Shown in pieces: positions 37,967-51,182 of a DNA stretch of 64,000 bases. The stretch spans positions 12,710,001 to 12,774,000 of the forward strand of contig NC_087447.1 in NCBI RefSeq assembly GCF_036321535.1. The letters are read 5' to 3'. A program made the translations under genes and the position numbers. The stretch is from Camelus dromedarius. Taxonomy: Eukaryota. Positions within the stretch are counted from its first letter, which is position 1; the number at the start of each line of letters is the position of its first letter. The notes under the pieces are model-generated. The model was not told where the DNA came from. It saw nothing but the letters and a program-made list of their open reading frames with translations, and made no database searches.

Positions 37967-39556
37967 GAGTCCAGCAAAATGTCACCTGGAGTATGAAGCC
38001 ACCAGCGGCACTTGGCAGGACTCTAGATATCGCTCGTTTTTAGTGTGGATTTAGCCAGTTCGATCCAAGGAATAGGAATGAGGGAGGAAGGCAATAGTGA
38101 ATATCGCTGAGCCATTTCTCTCTTTTTCCTGGATGATTCTGTCTGTTGTTCCTCCATTGAGTCCCATTCTGCTTACAGGATTTTTGTTTTGCTTTTTTTT
38201 TTGTTTTGTTTTGTTTTTTTTACCATTTTACAAATAATAGTCAAGTGTTTCAGGACCTTCTATTAAGGTTTTCCTGCAGAATGAGAGACACACTGAGTTA
38301 AGCAAAGGAAATCAAAATTCCAGTCCCGATCTTATCACTCTGAAGTTTTCAGTGTTGCTAAGAATGATTCTAGTGTTTACTGAGTTTGTCTCCATTTTCA
38401 GTGTCAGTTATTACTTCCCTCTGAAGATGTCTTGATTCTTTGGGCTTGCCCATTCTAGTAAGAGAATGTGCTAAGTGAAAAATACAGTATTGCTAACTAT
38501 ACACAATGTTGTACAGCAGATCTCTGATACTGTTCATCTTGCATAATTTAAATTTCATATTTGTTGATTAGCAATTCCCCATATGATCCAGCAATCTCAT
38601 TTCTGGGCATTTATGAAAAGCATTGCCATCAGGATATTAAAGTGATATTAATACCTTGCCCATTCTTCTTATTTGGGAAAGGATATCTCTGGTCATGTTT
38701 GGACATCTTGATGCAACATTTTATATACTTCCATTTAGGGCTAACCATTAGCACAGGCAGGATACAAAAATGACGCAAAAGGATGACTGCTTTTCCATCC
38801 TCAGACCTGGTGATAGCAGTTTGGAATTATTTGGGTTTCAGGGCTTTCTCCATAACTCTTAAATAATTCTATTTATTTGCCAGTCTACTAACTCAGTTTG
38901 TAAAGCCTGTTCTGAAAAAAAAAAATTAACCAAAGGGTAAGCAACCAGTAGGGAAAACAAGCAGACAACTAAAAAAATCTATATATTCATGCATGGGAGT
39001 TTATCCTTATATAGAAGGACTTGTATCCTTATATTCAAATTATGTTCATTTAAAAATATTGCAAAATTTTATAAAATATTATAATATAGTACATATTGTA
39101 ACATATTATGTTTCAAACATTGCATTGGATGTGTTTATATAAAACTATACTTATCAAATATTATATAGGACATATACTAAGAAAAAAAGTTTAATCTGAA
39201 ATTCAGATGTGACTGGGCATCCTGTATTTTATCTAGAAATCCTAACCTTAATAGATTCTAATAGATGAGATCAGCGATGATTTTTTCAGATATTTCCAAC
39301 TTCTTCTTCACATGCAATATCCAAATGCACTTTCAACATTCAGAAATCAAAAGGATATATGACATCTAGTAAATTCATAGGATTTAAAGTCCTAACAATA
39401 CTGTAGTACTCCAGTTAAAAAGGGAAATAATGAACTTTTGTGGTATAAAGTATCAGCTGTCAGTGACTATAAGAGTGTCAATGGTCAGCAGCCAGAAACC
39501 ATGGGAAATTACCAACACCCAGGTGATAATCAAAATCAACCTTCCTCTCTACTCAC

Positions 39557-39700
39557 CTTTAATGAAGTACTGGGTTTTCTCCAAAATTACATTTACTTTT
39601 TCTCTGGGTAGGGAGAATATAGGCCTTTCCTCTCTCTTTGTGATGATGCCTGAGGAAATAGCATATAATTTATTCAGATGATTAAGCCCAAATTATCTCA
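39557..39700 (-). promoter_or_regulatory. Candidate promoter/first exon of the OR8K5-like gene
   Basis: tctactcacctt donor identical to the OR8K1-like module, gcctgaggaaa O/E-like site at 39648-39658, TAAT motifs at 39666-39685. Confidence 0.5.
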
Positions 39701-40269
39701 GTGATTTTTTTTTAAATTGCCTGTGGTGCTTACTAATTATCCAGGCCATCCTATATACTCCCTAGTGAAAAAAATGTAACAGGCAATTTAAGGAAAGGGA
39801 CAAAATAAGATAAATGATCTGTACAGTTTATGGAGACCTACATAAATGCACTCACTCCCATGCAGAGTCGATGATTAAAGTAACAATGGAAAATACTTTG
39901 ACATCAGCTTTATCCTAGTAAAACTGGAACAGTTCAAAACTCATGATACATTTTACGTGACATTATCATCATCACATAAGATTTTTTCTTTGAATTTATT
40001 ATTCAGATAAAACTATGTAGTAGGCACTGGGTTAAAGATATATAAAGAAATTAAAACCTCATCTTTAAATGAGTGCTATACCTGCCTTGTCCTTTCCTAT
40101 GGTAAACCCACAACGATTGTTGCAATGCCATGTATTACTCTAATGATTGCCTCAACTGTAGTGTTTCTTGAGCTGAAATCCCACCACTCTTGGGTAATGT
40201 TCAGTACAACCTCATTAAGAATAAAATCTAATATAAGATACTACTTTCCTTCTCGTAACATTTCGCTCA

Positions 40270-41195
40270 TGCCCTCTTTCTCTATAACTTCCATATGTAC
40301 AAGAATTGAGGGAAATTCACATACAGCTAAAGATGCATACATTTTGAAGAATAATTTATTTGTTCCTAATACCTAAATCAAGATATAGAACATTTTCAAC
40401 ACCAAAGACATCTCCCTGATGCTTTATACCCCCTACAACCTAGACCATGCCCATCAGGAGGAAATTTTCCTTATCTCTTGACTCCCCAAATAATATTGTC
40501 CCACCTCCAGCAACTGCAGCTCTGGTTTCTATCCCTAAACTTATTTTTCCCATTTCTGAATTTCATATAAGTAGAATCACACAATACATACTTTCAATCT
40601 GGTTTCTTTCATTCAGTATAATGAGTTTGAAATTCATCTCTGTTGTGTTCTTATGGATACACGGTCCACCGTGTGCATATGCCACGATTCCTTATTCTCC
40701 TATTGATGGATATTTGAGTTTTGATTTATTATAAAAAGTCTAGTGTAAACACTCCTATATAAGTTTATTTGTGAACAGGTGGATTAATTTCTCTTTGTTA
40801 GATCAAAGTGAAATTACTTTATCATGAGGTAAGTGTATATTTAAGTTTATAGAAAACTTCAAGCTTTCCAAACTTACTATAGCATTTTACATCACCAACA
40901 AATATATATGTGATGTCCATTTTCTCCATATCTTTGCCAATATTTGATGTAGATTTTTTTTTTATTTTGAAATGGAACCTGGGGGAAATCATTTCATTGT
41001 GATTTTAATTTTCATTTACTTGATGACTAAAGATAATGAACACTTTCCTTTGTACCCATGGGTCATTCATCTAGCTTCTTTTAAAGTATCTAAACTTTTG
41101 CCCATTTTAGTGTGATTATTTTTCAATCAGTTTTTTTGGAAATTTTATATGTGTGCTGGATAAAACAGCTCTTCCGAATTTTCTTCTAGAAGTTT
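40270..41195 (-). mobile_element. Old L1M 3' UTR/ORF2-end fragment
   Basis: aatttcatataagtagaatcacacaatac, ctattgatggatatttgag, attttaattttcatttacttgatgactaa, ttttcttctagaagttttat. Confidence 0.75.
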
Positions 41196-41429
41196 TATTG
41201 CTTCAGTTGTTTGGCCCAGGATCCTGCAGTGATACAAAGCAGAGTTGTGCTACCACTAGGAGGGGCAGAAAACTCTCTCCCACCTGAGCGCTCCACATAT
41301 ACAGTCAGATGTGGGAAAGGGGATGGGGTATGTAGGAGAAGCCATAAAGTAGTGAAGCCCCAGCCCACGGTGCACAGACTCTCTGATGACTGAGAAGGTA
41401 GCAGAACCAAGAACCACTCTCTGTCATCA

Positions 41430-43330
41430 CTTTAAGGGTTGCTTTCATTTTCTTGTACATTTGTGTGTCAAGGAATTTTGGATTCTATCTTGGACATTGT
41501 AATATCATGCTACAAAGATGTCTGAATATTGTTATATACTTCTTAAGAGGGTTGATTTTATTTGTTCTTTTTCTTTTATATTTTATCAGAAAATTAACAT
41601 GGTTTGACTCAAACTACAAGTCCTGTCTCCTGGGTGGTAATACAAATGTTACTTCATATCTTTAGCTCTGTCTGGCATACTGGGATCTGCTCCACACTTC
41701 CATGGCTCAGGGTCAGTTAACTTGGTACACAGAGTATGAATCTAACATTCCCTGGCTTTCCCCTTCCTGGAATTCATCCTTTATTTTCCTTTGACTGTGT
41801 TTGTCCCCATTCTGGCTTTCCGTTCTTTAGCTCAGAAAGGCAGTGTGTTATATACAAGTTTCCCATTTGGAGTGGATCAAGGCCTTTCTCAAAATAAAAT
41901 TTGTAAAATGAGAAAATCACTGGTTCCATTCGTGTCTAATGCCTTTCAGACTCTGCCTGATTTTCTGTCTCCACTGATTGCAGGCTTGTTTTGTTTTGTA
42001 TTTTCTAAGATATTAGTTTTTTAACTGTGAGGTGGCATGTCTTAGCAAAGCTTACTTGGTCATTACCAGGAACAAATAAGGAAAATGTATATTTCTTTGA
42101 GTTTCTAAATTATGTTTTTGCCTGATACAGAATTATTGTTTGATATTTTTCCAGTGTTTTAAAGAGGTTGCTCAATTTTCTTCTGCATCCCATTATTTTT
42201 GTCACAAAGTGTGTGTTCATTCTTATCTTTTTTTTCCCTGTATGTATTATTTTTAGGTCTTTCAAGTGTCTACACTTTTAATGCTTTCTATTTAATCGTT
42301 TGGTACTTAAGTGTGGATAATTTCTATTGTCTTATGTTCAAATTCACTAATTTATTTCTGTAATGTATAATCTGCCTTTAACAAATACACAATAAAATAT
42401 TCATATCTGATATGGTATTCTGCCCTAGTCACTCAATTGGGTTTTCTATCATGATTCTTCTCTTTTTAATGTTCATGTTTGCCTTGGAATTCTTAGAAAT
42501 GTTTATCACTGTTTTAAAGTTCTTATCTGCCAATTCTATCATCTCTGGTTTTCCTGGGTCCAGATATGATGATTTATTTTTCATAATGTTAATATTTATT
42601 AATGTTTCATAATGTCAATGGTTATGCATAAAATATTCCTTCTTCTTCAACATGCATATAAATATTTCTTTGGATGTTGGACATTGTGACCATTTTTCAG
42701 TTGAGTCCAGAATTTTAAATCTTTTTTCAAACAGTGTTGAGCTTTGTTTTGGCAGGAAATTTATATACTTGCAAGTCTGCTTAATCCTTTTGTGAGCTAA
42801 TGTGGAGTTTTGTTAGAGTGGAGTACAGTTCATCCTTTCCTCTGGGGTCAGTCCTCTCTTCTGCTGTCTCCACTGAAAGCCCTAGAGATTCAGTGAGATT
42901 CCTCACTAAGATATGACAGAACTTGAATGTGTCCCAACCCTGTGTAAACTGGTGGTTTTCATCATGCAGATCCCTGGTGGCTTCTTTTTCCCTGGTAGCT
43001 GTTATGATCTAGCGTTATGGAATCTCACCTTAATGAGTAGATGCAGTTTAGAAATCAACCAGCATCTCACGTTGATATGCGATCACTTCGTCAGCTTGGG
43101 TGTCTCCACTCCAGTACCCAGTTCCACGTGTTCCAGGCACCTTATCCCTTCCTGATCTGACTTTGTGTCTTTATCTTGACATGGTTGTTGTGTTCTCCAT
43201 GTACACACCATCACTCCATGTCAGGGACCAGAATCATGTCCCTTCTCTCACAGGTCCTGGTTTTGTGCTGAGAGACATCAAATATATGAAAACTTCTGTT
43301 ACATGCCTCCCTCTAATTTTCCAGTTGTTT
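41430..43330 (-). mobile_element. Old L1M 5'/ORF1-region fragments
   Basis: Degenerate T-rich L1 antisense blocks. Boundaries approximate. Confidence 0.5.
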
Positions 43331-44734
43331 TCAGCAGCCTATTTATTAAAATTCAACATTCCAGGTACCAAGACTGACAAAAGCCCTCAGGAAATGCATA
43401 CTACCAGTTTCCCTACCGGTCTAATTTGAGCATCTTTCCCATTTTTCCCTATAGTGATGTTCCATGTTTTCTCCATGATTTATAAAAGCCTATTTCCTGT
43501 TTTAGTAACGGATTCCTAGATAATCTAAGTGTCTTTGGGAGTATATTTATTATTCAATCTTTCTAAAAATGAAGATTTGATCATTCTGGTAACCCCCTTG
43601 TCTCTGGTGTGTAACATGATGCCTAGAGGGTGGCATCCTTCGGTAAATATTAGTTTGATGAATGTAAGTCTTGAATTTACACATTTCTAGAATTCTTTCC
43701 AACGTACTCTACACAGTAAGCTGAAATTAGTGACAGGCGACCTAACCATCAGAACTTGTGTTTGTGTGTGTTGTGTGTGCATGTGGTCTTTAAAGGGTCT
43801 TTAAAAGTAACAGCATTTTCGGGTTCCTTATCTTGAACATCTGCATAAAGACAAAATTTGTAACAAACCTAGCAATGTCTAACCACTTATCACTTAGGTC
43901 ATTTTCTGTTCTATGGAGGAAATTCTTCTCAATTATTATTCCTATTATATGTTACTGAATTCAAGAATCCCCTCCCCCTAGCTTGATGTTTTCTTAAATT
44001 CTTTATAGCATTTTAGTTAATTACAGACTTTAGGGAGATTTATGAGTCATGGGAAAATGTAAAGTCCCTTAAGAGCAGGGCCTCCCAAGGTTTCATGCAT
44101 TGCTCTGTAACATTTAAGCTGTAAGGGCTCATTAGAGGCTGATGTAAAATGTATATGTGTATACAGTTCTCTCTTTTATCCAAATTTGTCCTCTTGGAGG
44201 AAAAAACAATATGTTAAGACTTTATTTGTTGGTTCAGTATTCTGCTTGTTGTGTATTAATAGTAAAGATTTACCTTCAATCCTTTTACCTGCAGGTGTCT
44301 TCAGTTACATACTATTAATATATTGTTTTTGTTATAAGTAAGAAAACATGGAAAAGGACATGAGGTTTCTAGAGCTGAAATTTTAAAATATTTTCTTTTG
44401 GTAAGTTAAACTTATTTTATAAAAACTGATCTTTTTCTTTTCTTTTTAGAATTTCCTTATTATCCGAAAGTTTGTTTTAAATCAGATAGAATCATGAATG
44501 TTTACAATATTTAATCCAATTCCATTCTATCCATGCCCCCTCTGTCATTCAGTTCTATTCACAATACCACCTTAAGTTATGCAGGAGATGGGCATCCCTG
44601 AACAAGGAATATAGTTTAATTTCTAAATTCTGTCTGGAAATCCCATCTCCTTAATTATGCTTTCAATGAACACTATTCACAATCCTTCTTTGAGAAAATT
44701 TTATTTAATTGGTACTCTAAAACATGAGTCAGAG

Positions 44735-44937
44735 AGCTAGGGGAGCTTTCTAACCAACACACGTATTCCTGCAGTGATGGAAGTGTTCTGTAATTAGTGC
44801 CATTCAATGCAGTGGCTACTAGCTGCAAATGGCTATAGAACGCTTGAACTCGGAATTAATTCAAAGAGCAGAAATTTCCTCTAGTTCTATTTAAATATTC
44901 ACATAAAGTTACTAGCTACTGTTTTGGATAGTTCAGG
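44735..44937. mobile_element. MER3-like hAT element
   Basis: ctgcagtgatggaagtgttctg...gtggctactagc...atggctatagaacgcttgaa...gctactgttttggatag. Confidence 0.65.
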
Positions 44938-45190
44938 TGTCATGGACTAATGTTATATTTGGTTTTGAAATACCTAGATTTAATATTATTGCTGAAAGAA
45001 CTAATACATTTTGGCAAGTATTTTGGTAGTGGCTAAGAAGCATATAAGAAATTGTGTGATGTAGGTGTAATTATGCTCTGTCTGAGAGAATATAAATTAC
45101 TTTACCAAAGTCAATAAATCAATAAATGACAGAAACATATTTTAAAAGCAGTTTGGGCTAATGCCAACCACTTCCCTTTTGTGGCAACTG

Positions 45191-45465
45191 AAGTATATTA
45201 ATTAAAGTAAATCAATAGAATTGACATAGATAAACCAAATTTTATCATTGTGTTTATATCTTTATTCCTAAAAATACACTTAAGTATATTAATTAAAATA
45301 AATCAATAGAATTGATGTAGATAAACCAAATTTTATCATTGTGTTTATATCTTTATTCCTAAAAATATACTTAAGTATATTAATTAAAATAAATCAATAG
45401 AATTGATGTAGATAAACCAAATCTTATCATTGTGTTTATATCTTTATTCCTAAAAATATACTTAA
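45191..45465. repeat. Tandem repeat, 3 x 91 bp, near identical
   Basis: Units start at 45191, 45282 and 45373 (aagtatattaattaaa...). Confidence 0.95.
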
Positions 45466-46365
45466 TCTTGACTAAATATAGAATATGGAAGAGCTCTATT
45501 CTATTTTGGATATATATATTTTCTTAAAAAAGCAGGATATATTAGAACAAAAAGCCTAAGTAACAAAAACTATTTAATGAATGGAAACTGGATTTAGAAA
45601 ACCATAACAGTTTATATATATGTATGTATATATATATATAATTATATAAAGGATAAGAAAAAGTATTCCAGACCAATAGGTAATTGTGGTTATCTACATG
45701 TTAAATTTTATCTTATCTATGTATGTGTGTATGTGGGTATGTACATATATATATTTATATGCGCATAACTATAATTGATATATTAAATAATTAAATATAG
45801 AAAATATTAGGCATATCATTTTTATAGAAATTTATATAACAACACATAAATAAGTATATAAGCATAATATGCATAAGAAAAAAAATCAGCATATAATTTA
45901 CGATGTCTTCTAACTGCTCCACGCAGGCAAGATGTAGTTCTCTGTGCTCTGGGTCTCGCAGTTGAGTGAGTCCACTGATGATCTCCTTCCATGGTGCTGA
46001 TAAGGAGGCATCAGAAGGGGCCAGAAATTTAGGCACTTTTAAGAGGATCATGACATCATCTTTGGTGGTCAGAATCCCATCTCATAATCTTTGTCTATCT
46101 CTGCTTATATCATAGTGCTTTTGTGGATTAGTTACATAGGTAATAGCAGAGCTCATTTGAGATCTTCTTGTAATTCACTTCTTTTATATCTAAAAATGAG
46201 GAGTTTTAAAGAAGGCTTAAATTAAATTTTGTAAATTTTCACTTGTCATCAATGTCCTTCATGCCAGGTGTCATTTACTTATAGAGGCAGGCACTTTGGA
46301 GACAAAATTAAATTTGTGAGAGCCAAAATGCATTTTCATCATTTTCTTACAGAATAGAACTACAC

Positions 46366-46368
<3 letters not shown>

Positions 46369-46400
<32 letters not shown>
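46369..46400. repeat. (AC)16 microsatellite
   Basis: Pure AC run ~145 nt upstream of the OR5J2-like ATG. Confidence 0.95.
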
Positions 46401-46403
<3 letters not shown>

Positions 46404-46543
46404 TCAAAGCAATCTAATCAAGCTCCAAGGACAGAATCCTATAATGTTTCTGTTATCTTTTAATAATAAATATCAGATTCTCCTGTGTCCATTCTAACTC
46501 ACATATATTTTTCACCTCAGACTTCAAGATAAAGAATTAACCA

Positions 46544-47481
46544 ATGGCTGAAGAGAATTTTGCGGTTGTCACTGAATTTATTCTCTTGGGACTGACAGAC
46601 CGGGCTGAGCTGAAAGTTGTGCTTTTTGTGTTGTTCCTGGTGGTTTATGCTGTTACTTTGGTGGGGAACCTGGGCATGATCTTCTTAATCCAAATCAGTC
46701 CCAGGCTCCACACTCCCATGTACTTTTTCCTCAGCTGCCTTTCATTTGTGGCTGCCTGCTACTCATCTGTTATCGCACCAAAAATGCTCACCAGCTTCTT
46801 GGTTGTGAGGGAAACCATCTCGTTCTCTGCCTGCCTAATGCAGCATTTGTTTTTGGGGTGTTCATCACCACAGAAGGCTTCCTGCTGTCGGTGATGGCAT
46901 ACGACCGTTACGTGGCCATTGTCAACCCTTTGCTTTACAAGATAGCCGTGTCTAAGAGGACATGTGTAGGGCTGGTCACTGGATCATTCATTGGTGGAAT
47001 GATTAACTCACTGACACACACCATAAGCTTAGGGAGACTGTCCTTCTGTGGCTCCAATGTTGTTGGTCACTTCTTCTGTGATGTTCCCCCACTGCTAAAG
47101 CTGTCTTGTTCTGATACCTCCATGAGTGAGCTGCTGCTATTAACCTTCACTGGGGTCATCGCCATGGCCACCTTCTTGACTGTGATCATTTCCTACATGT
47201 TCATTGCTGTTGCTATTCTGAGGATCCACTGAGCAGCAGGCAGACAGAAAGCTTTCTCCCCCTGTGCCTCTCATCTGACTGCTGTGACCATATTCTATGG
47301 TACCATAAGCTTTAATTACATTCAGCCAAATTCCCAGCATTCTGTAGAACAGGAGAAGGTGGTGTCTGTGTTCTGCACACTAGTGATTCCCACGTTAAAC
47401 CCCCTGATTTACAGTCTGAGAAACAAAGAGGTGAAGGATGCTGTGAGAAGAGCCATAGAAATGAAACATTCCCCCTGTTAA
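46544..47481 (+). pseudogene. OR5J2-like receptor, full length, with frameshift and nonsense
   Basis: A 1-nt deletion in the T run at ~46850-46854 (HLFFGVF) and a TCA>TGA-type stop at 47230-47232 ([11 protein letters not shown]). The pieces 46544-46894, 46858-47232 and 47284-47481 join into a 938-nt OR (939-1). Confidence 0.9.
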
Positions 47482-49389
47482 TTCCAAGTCATTTACTCCT
47501 ACAGCACTCAACAGTCAGTTCTTCACTTGCTAACATTAGCATGAATCCAATGAATTCTAGAATTTCTAGGATAGTACAAATCATTTTATCCTACATAGTG
47601 CTTTTCACATGAGAAAATGAGACTAAGAATTAGAAGTGACTTACTCACAACTGCATTAAACTTCAGGTTATTAATATTTGCACTAATCCCTCTTAATACA
47701 ATAAATTTAATAAAATTATTTTATTCCTCCATAAAATTGCATTCATACTTTCTGGTGTTTGGAAAACTGAGTCTTTATGAATGTGTATGTACTTTTTGAG
47801 ATACAAGGAGTTAAAACTTTTTCTAAGATACTTAAAATTATTTACTAAGAAAATTAATTGTTTACATGACATTTTCTCTTATTTTTTAAAACATGCATTA
47901 AATGTTAAATATTGGTAAATCCCCATGTTAGCTCAAAATGAGAGGACAATTCCAAGTGAGGTTTTTCAACTGGCAGTGATTTGCTTACTTTTCTTCCCTT
48001 TCTTAGACTTCAGTGACCTCAGTAACAAAAATATGAGTTGTGAGAAACTGACCCTATTATAATTTTCAGTTTGCAATAATATACTCCCCTGAAAAAAATC
48101 CGACTAAACTATATACATATATAGAATTACTACATTTGGGAGTAAGTAAAATTCATCACCTTTTCCCTCCATCTCTGCCTTCAAGAATCTACTTCAGATT
48201 TCTTCAAGATTAAAACAAAAAATCTCATAATTAAATCACATGATGGGTGTCACTGCTGACCTAGAGCTTCTGTTCTGTTCTGGAATTACTTAATTAAATA
48301 ACTTCATCACTTCCCATCATTTTGAAATCATTATCTCTCACCAAAGGTACTGTGAAGAATATTGTAATAAATTTTGAAAATAATTACTTATATACAATTT
48401 TCTGTATTTTAGAGTCTTTATTAACTTCTGAGATCACAAGATACAACCTGGGGTATTTAAAACTAATGAGAAAGTGTTTAAAGTAGTTAAACAATTTTAC
48501 ATTTGCTGTTTCATACTTGACATGAAGACATAGTCAGTAGGCTAGTAACAATGACAGGATTTAAAACAGGAAAAGCAATTTTATTACCACTATAAACAAC
48601 AACAACAGAACTACAGTAAATGTAGTTATCTTTCTATATATAGTTTGCAACACATGGGGCATGAAAGTAGGTTGTTTTGAAAAAAAAGTGATATTCATTC
48701 AGGCGGGATGTGAGTCAAATTCTATAAGAGTGTAGTTCCAAATAGAGTAACCATCTTTATCATTATAATGCTATTATAATTATTATAATAGTTCATAACA
48801 TAACAATAGCAATTGTAAAATATGCCTAATTATTTGAACTTTTAGTTTTTATATCCTGATTATCAGAAAACTTTTCTTAAAATCTCTTTGATGCCAATTT
48901 GCTATCCACCTTCATTTAGTATATTTTAGGATAAATTTCTTCATTCTTTATCTTACAAATTTTTCATGTCATTAAATTTTCATTTTTTATTTATTCATAT
49001 GTATTTTATAATATGTACATGCTTACTCAAATCTCTGAAATTGTTATTGACCTAAATCTGTATTTTCTTCTTCAGACTCATGAAGACTTGCTTCCAGCCC
49101 TATTTGATAATATCTATATAAGTATATTTTTTTCCCTAAATTCTGGAAACCCAAGGGTCTTTCTAGTAACTAGCTTAATTTGGTAGAATCTTCTTTTAGG
49201 AATATGTGAATTTGCCTCTGCTGAATGCCAGGTAATCGCCTGCACTGACTGGGCTCTCCAGCCCAACTCTGTTAGTCCTGTCGTCCATTCTAATACTGAT
49301 TTTGATTTTATTGCCTGATTTTGATTTTATCCCTGTTTCAGCTCATTGGCTTTTCAGGCTCTTTCTTCTACACTCAGGGCTGCCATATT

Positions 49390-49860
49390 TAGAAATCTAC
49401 AATTCAACCAAGATAGAGTTGTGATATAACAAAAACATCATTTGGGATATATTGAAAAAAAAACTAAAGAGATCTGACCACTAAATTCAATGTACTGGAG
49501 GGAAAAGCTCTTATTAAAAAAATTATGTCAACTGACAAAACTGGAATATAGTTAAGTTAGGCAAAAGTAATATCAACTTTAAATTTATTGAAGTTGACAA
49601 TTATACTGTAATTATGCAAGAGAATATCTCTGCCTTTAGTAAATATACACCAAAGTGTTTAGGGATAAAGGACCATATTGTAAGTTACCCTCAAATGCTT
49701 TAGGGGACAAATGCTTTAGGGGACACGCAAGAAAGAGAAGACAAACAAAATGTTAATCACAGATGAATAAGTGTATTTTTTTCACTTTTCTTATTCATGA
49801 AATTTTTCTGTATATTTGAAATTACTTTCACATAAAAAGTTTAAAAAATGCCAAAAAAAA
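49390..49860 (+). mobile_element. Old L1MC/ME 3' end
   Basis: aattatgtcaactgacaaaactggaatat...agtaaatatacaccaaagtgtttagggataaagg...tttgaaattacttt plus A tail. Confidence 0.6.
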
Positions 49861-50637
49861 AAACACCCCAAAACCCTTCCTTTGGGGGTTCTTGTCCAAC
49901 ATATTGTTAGAAGGTTAAGTTCTTCTCATGTTACCAGCATTCTCCTCTGATAATTTTAGGATGTATATTAAAAATATACGTATTAAATTCTTAATCTGCT
50001 TTGTAAAATTATTTCAGAATTTTTTTTGCTTGTTTTCTGATAGAGGAAATAGAGTTAAGGAAATTATTTATTTATTTTTTTAGATGTGTAGTGATTTTCC
50101 CCATCGAACTTATATTTCCGTGAAGAATTTTTTCCATTGATCATTGTCATTACCTAGGAGAATGGAGCCTTAGTCCATAACTGAACTTGGTGTGTTATGA
50201 AAGAAAGGTATTCCTTGTGACAAGAGAACTCGGGCTGTCATTTAACTGCTCTTACATAATTCTACCCAACCTATTGCATTATATCCCCACCACACACACA
50301 GAAAAAAAATAAAAAAACACTTATTTTAACTTCCCTCCCTACATTTTTAGAAAGCTTTTAGCCCCTAGGTTAGTGAGGAAGCAGAAAAGACCATCAGAAA
50401 GACTGAGTCTGCAGGGCTTCTCCCCTGAGCCTAAATACATTCTTTTTTGTCTATGACCTGTAGTTTGCTGCTGATCCCAAGAGCAGAACTGGGTTGGCCT
50501 TGCTTGGTGTTGAAATCAGTGGTGATAATGACACTGCCAGAACGATTTTCAGGGGAGAAAAATAAATCATTTAACATCTCTTTTTGGAAAGAGTTTGTTT
50601 GTTTTTTTGCATTCTAATCCATATCACAACAGTGGGC

Positions 50638-51182
50638 TGTTGGGGGATATTTGGCGGGGCCAGTGATATGGGTTGGTAAGAAGAATTTACCAAAGGCAAG
50701 GGAAAGTTTGAGAACAAAGGAAGGTTCAATAGTTATGCTGCTATAGGCAACAGCAGGCCACACAGGCAAGAGGTGCCTGGCGTGCCCCCTGAATGTGAAT
50801 GTGCAGGGTCTTTTGATGAGGAAGGGGCTGTGTACACAACGGCATAGGGGAACACATTTCTGATTGGCTATAAGTGAGGTAAGGGGCTCTGGTGTACAGG
50901 AGGACAGTGGATTTATGACTCAAATAAGATGTAGATATCAGCTGACACATGAAAGGTACTGGAATTTATGATTCTGATAAGGAGGAGACATGGGCTGAGA
51001 AGAGTCAGCCTGAGCTACGGTGAGACTAGTCATTTCCCGAGGCTGGTAACTGTGCTCACACAAACACCAGTCAGGAGTTTACCTCCCAAAGAGGAGCAGG
51101 CAGATGCCTAAGGGCTGCAAGTTGCGGGGGCAGGGTCCGCAGGCACCAGTCAGCACTGCGTGGGCCACTGTGCATTTCTCGC
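50638..51182 (-). mobile_element. ERV1-like LTR remnant
   Basis: GC-elevated; tgttgggggatatttggcgggg...gaagaatttaccaaagg start; gattggct CCAAT. No TSD found. Confidence 0.5.

Noticed and set aside
41253-41266. CTCF-like motif CCACTAGGAGGGGC
   Set aside because: It mismatches core positions, is a single hit, and lies in probable repeat-derived sequence.
45191-45465. CRISPR-like array
   Set aside because: The units are contiguous with no unique spacers, and the context is mammalian.
49692-49723. Small perfect duplications (16 bp here; 7 bp x3 at ~14144; ~12 bp at ~11051)
   Set aside because: These are ordinary slippage events in non-functional DNA.
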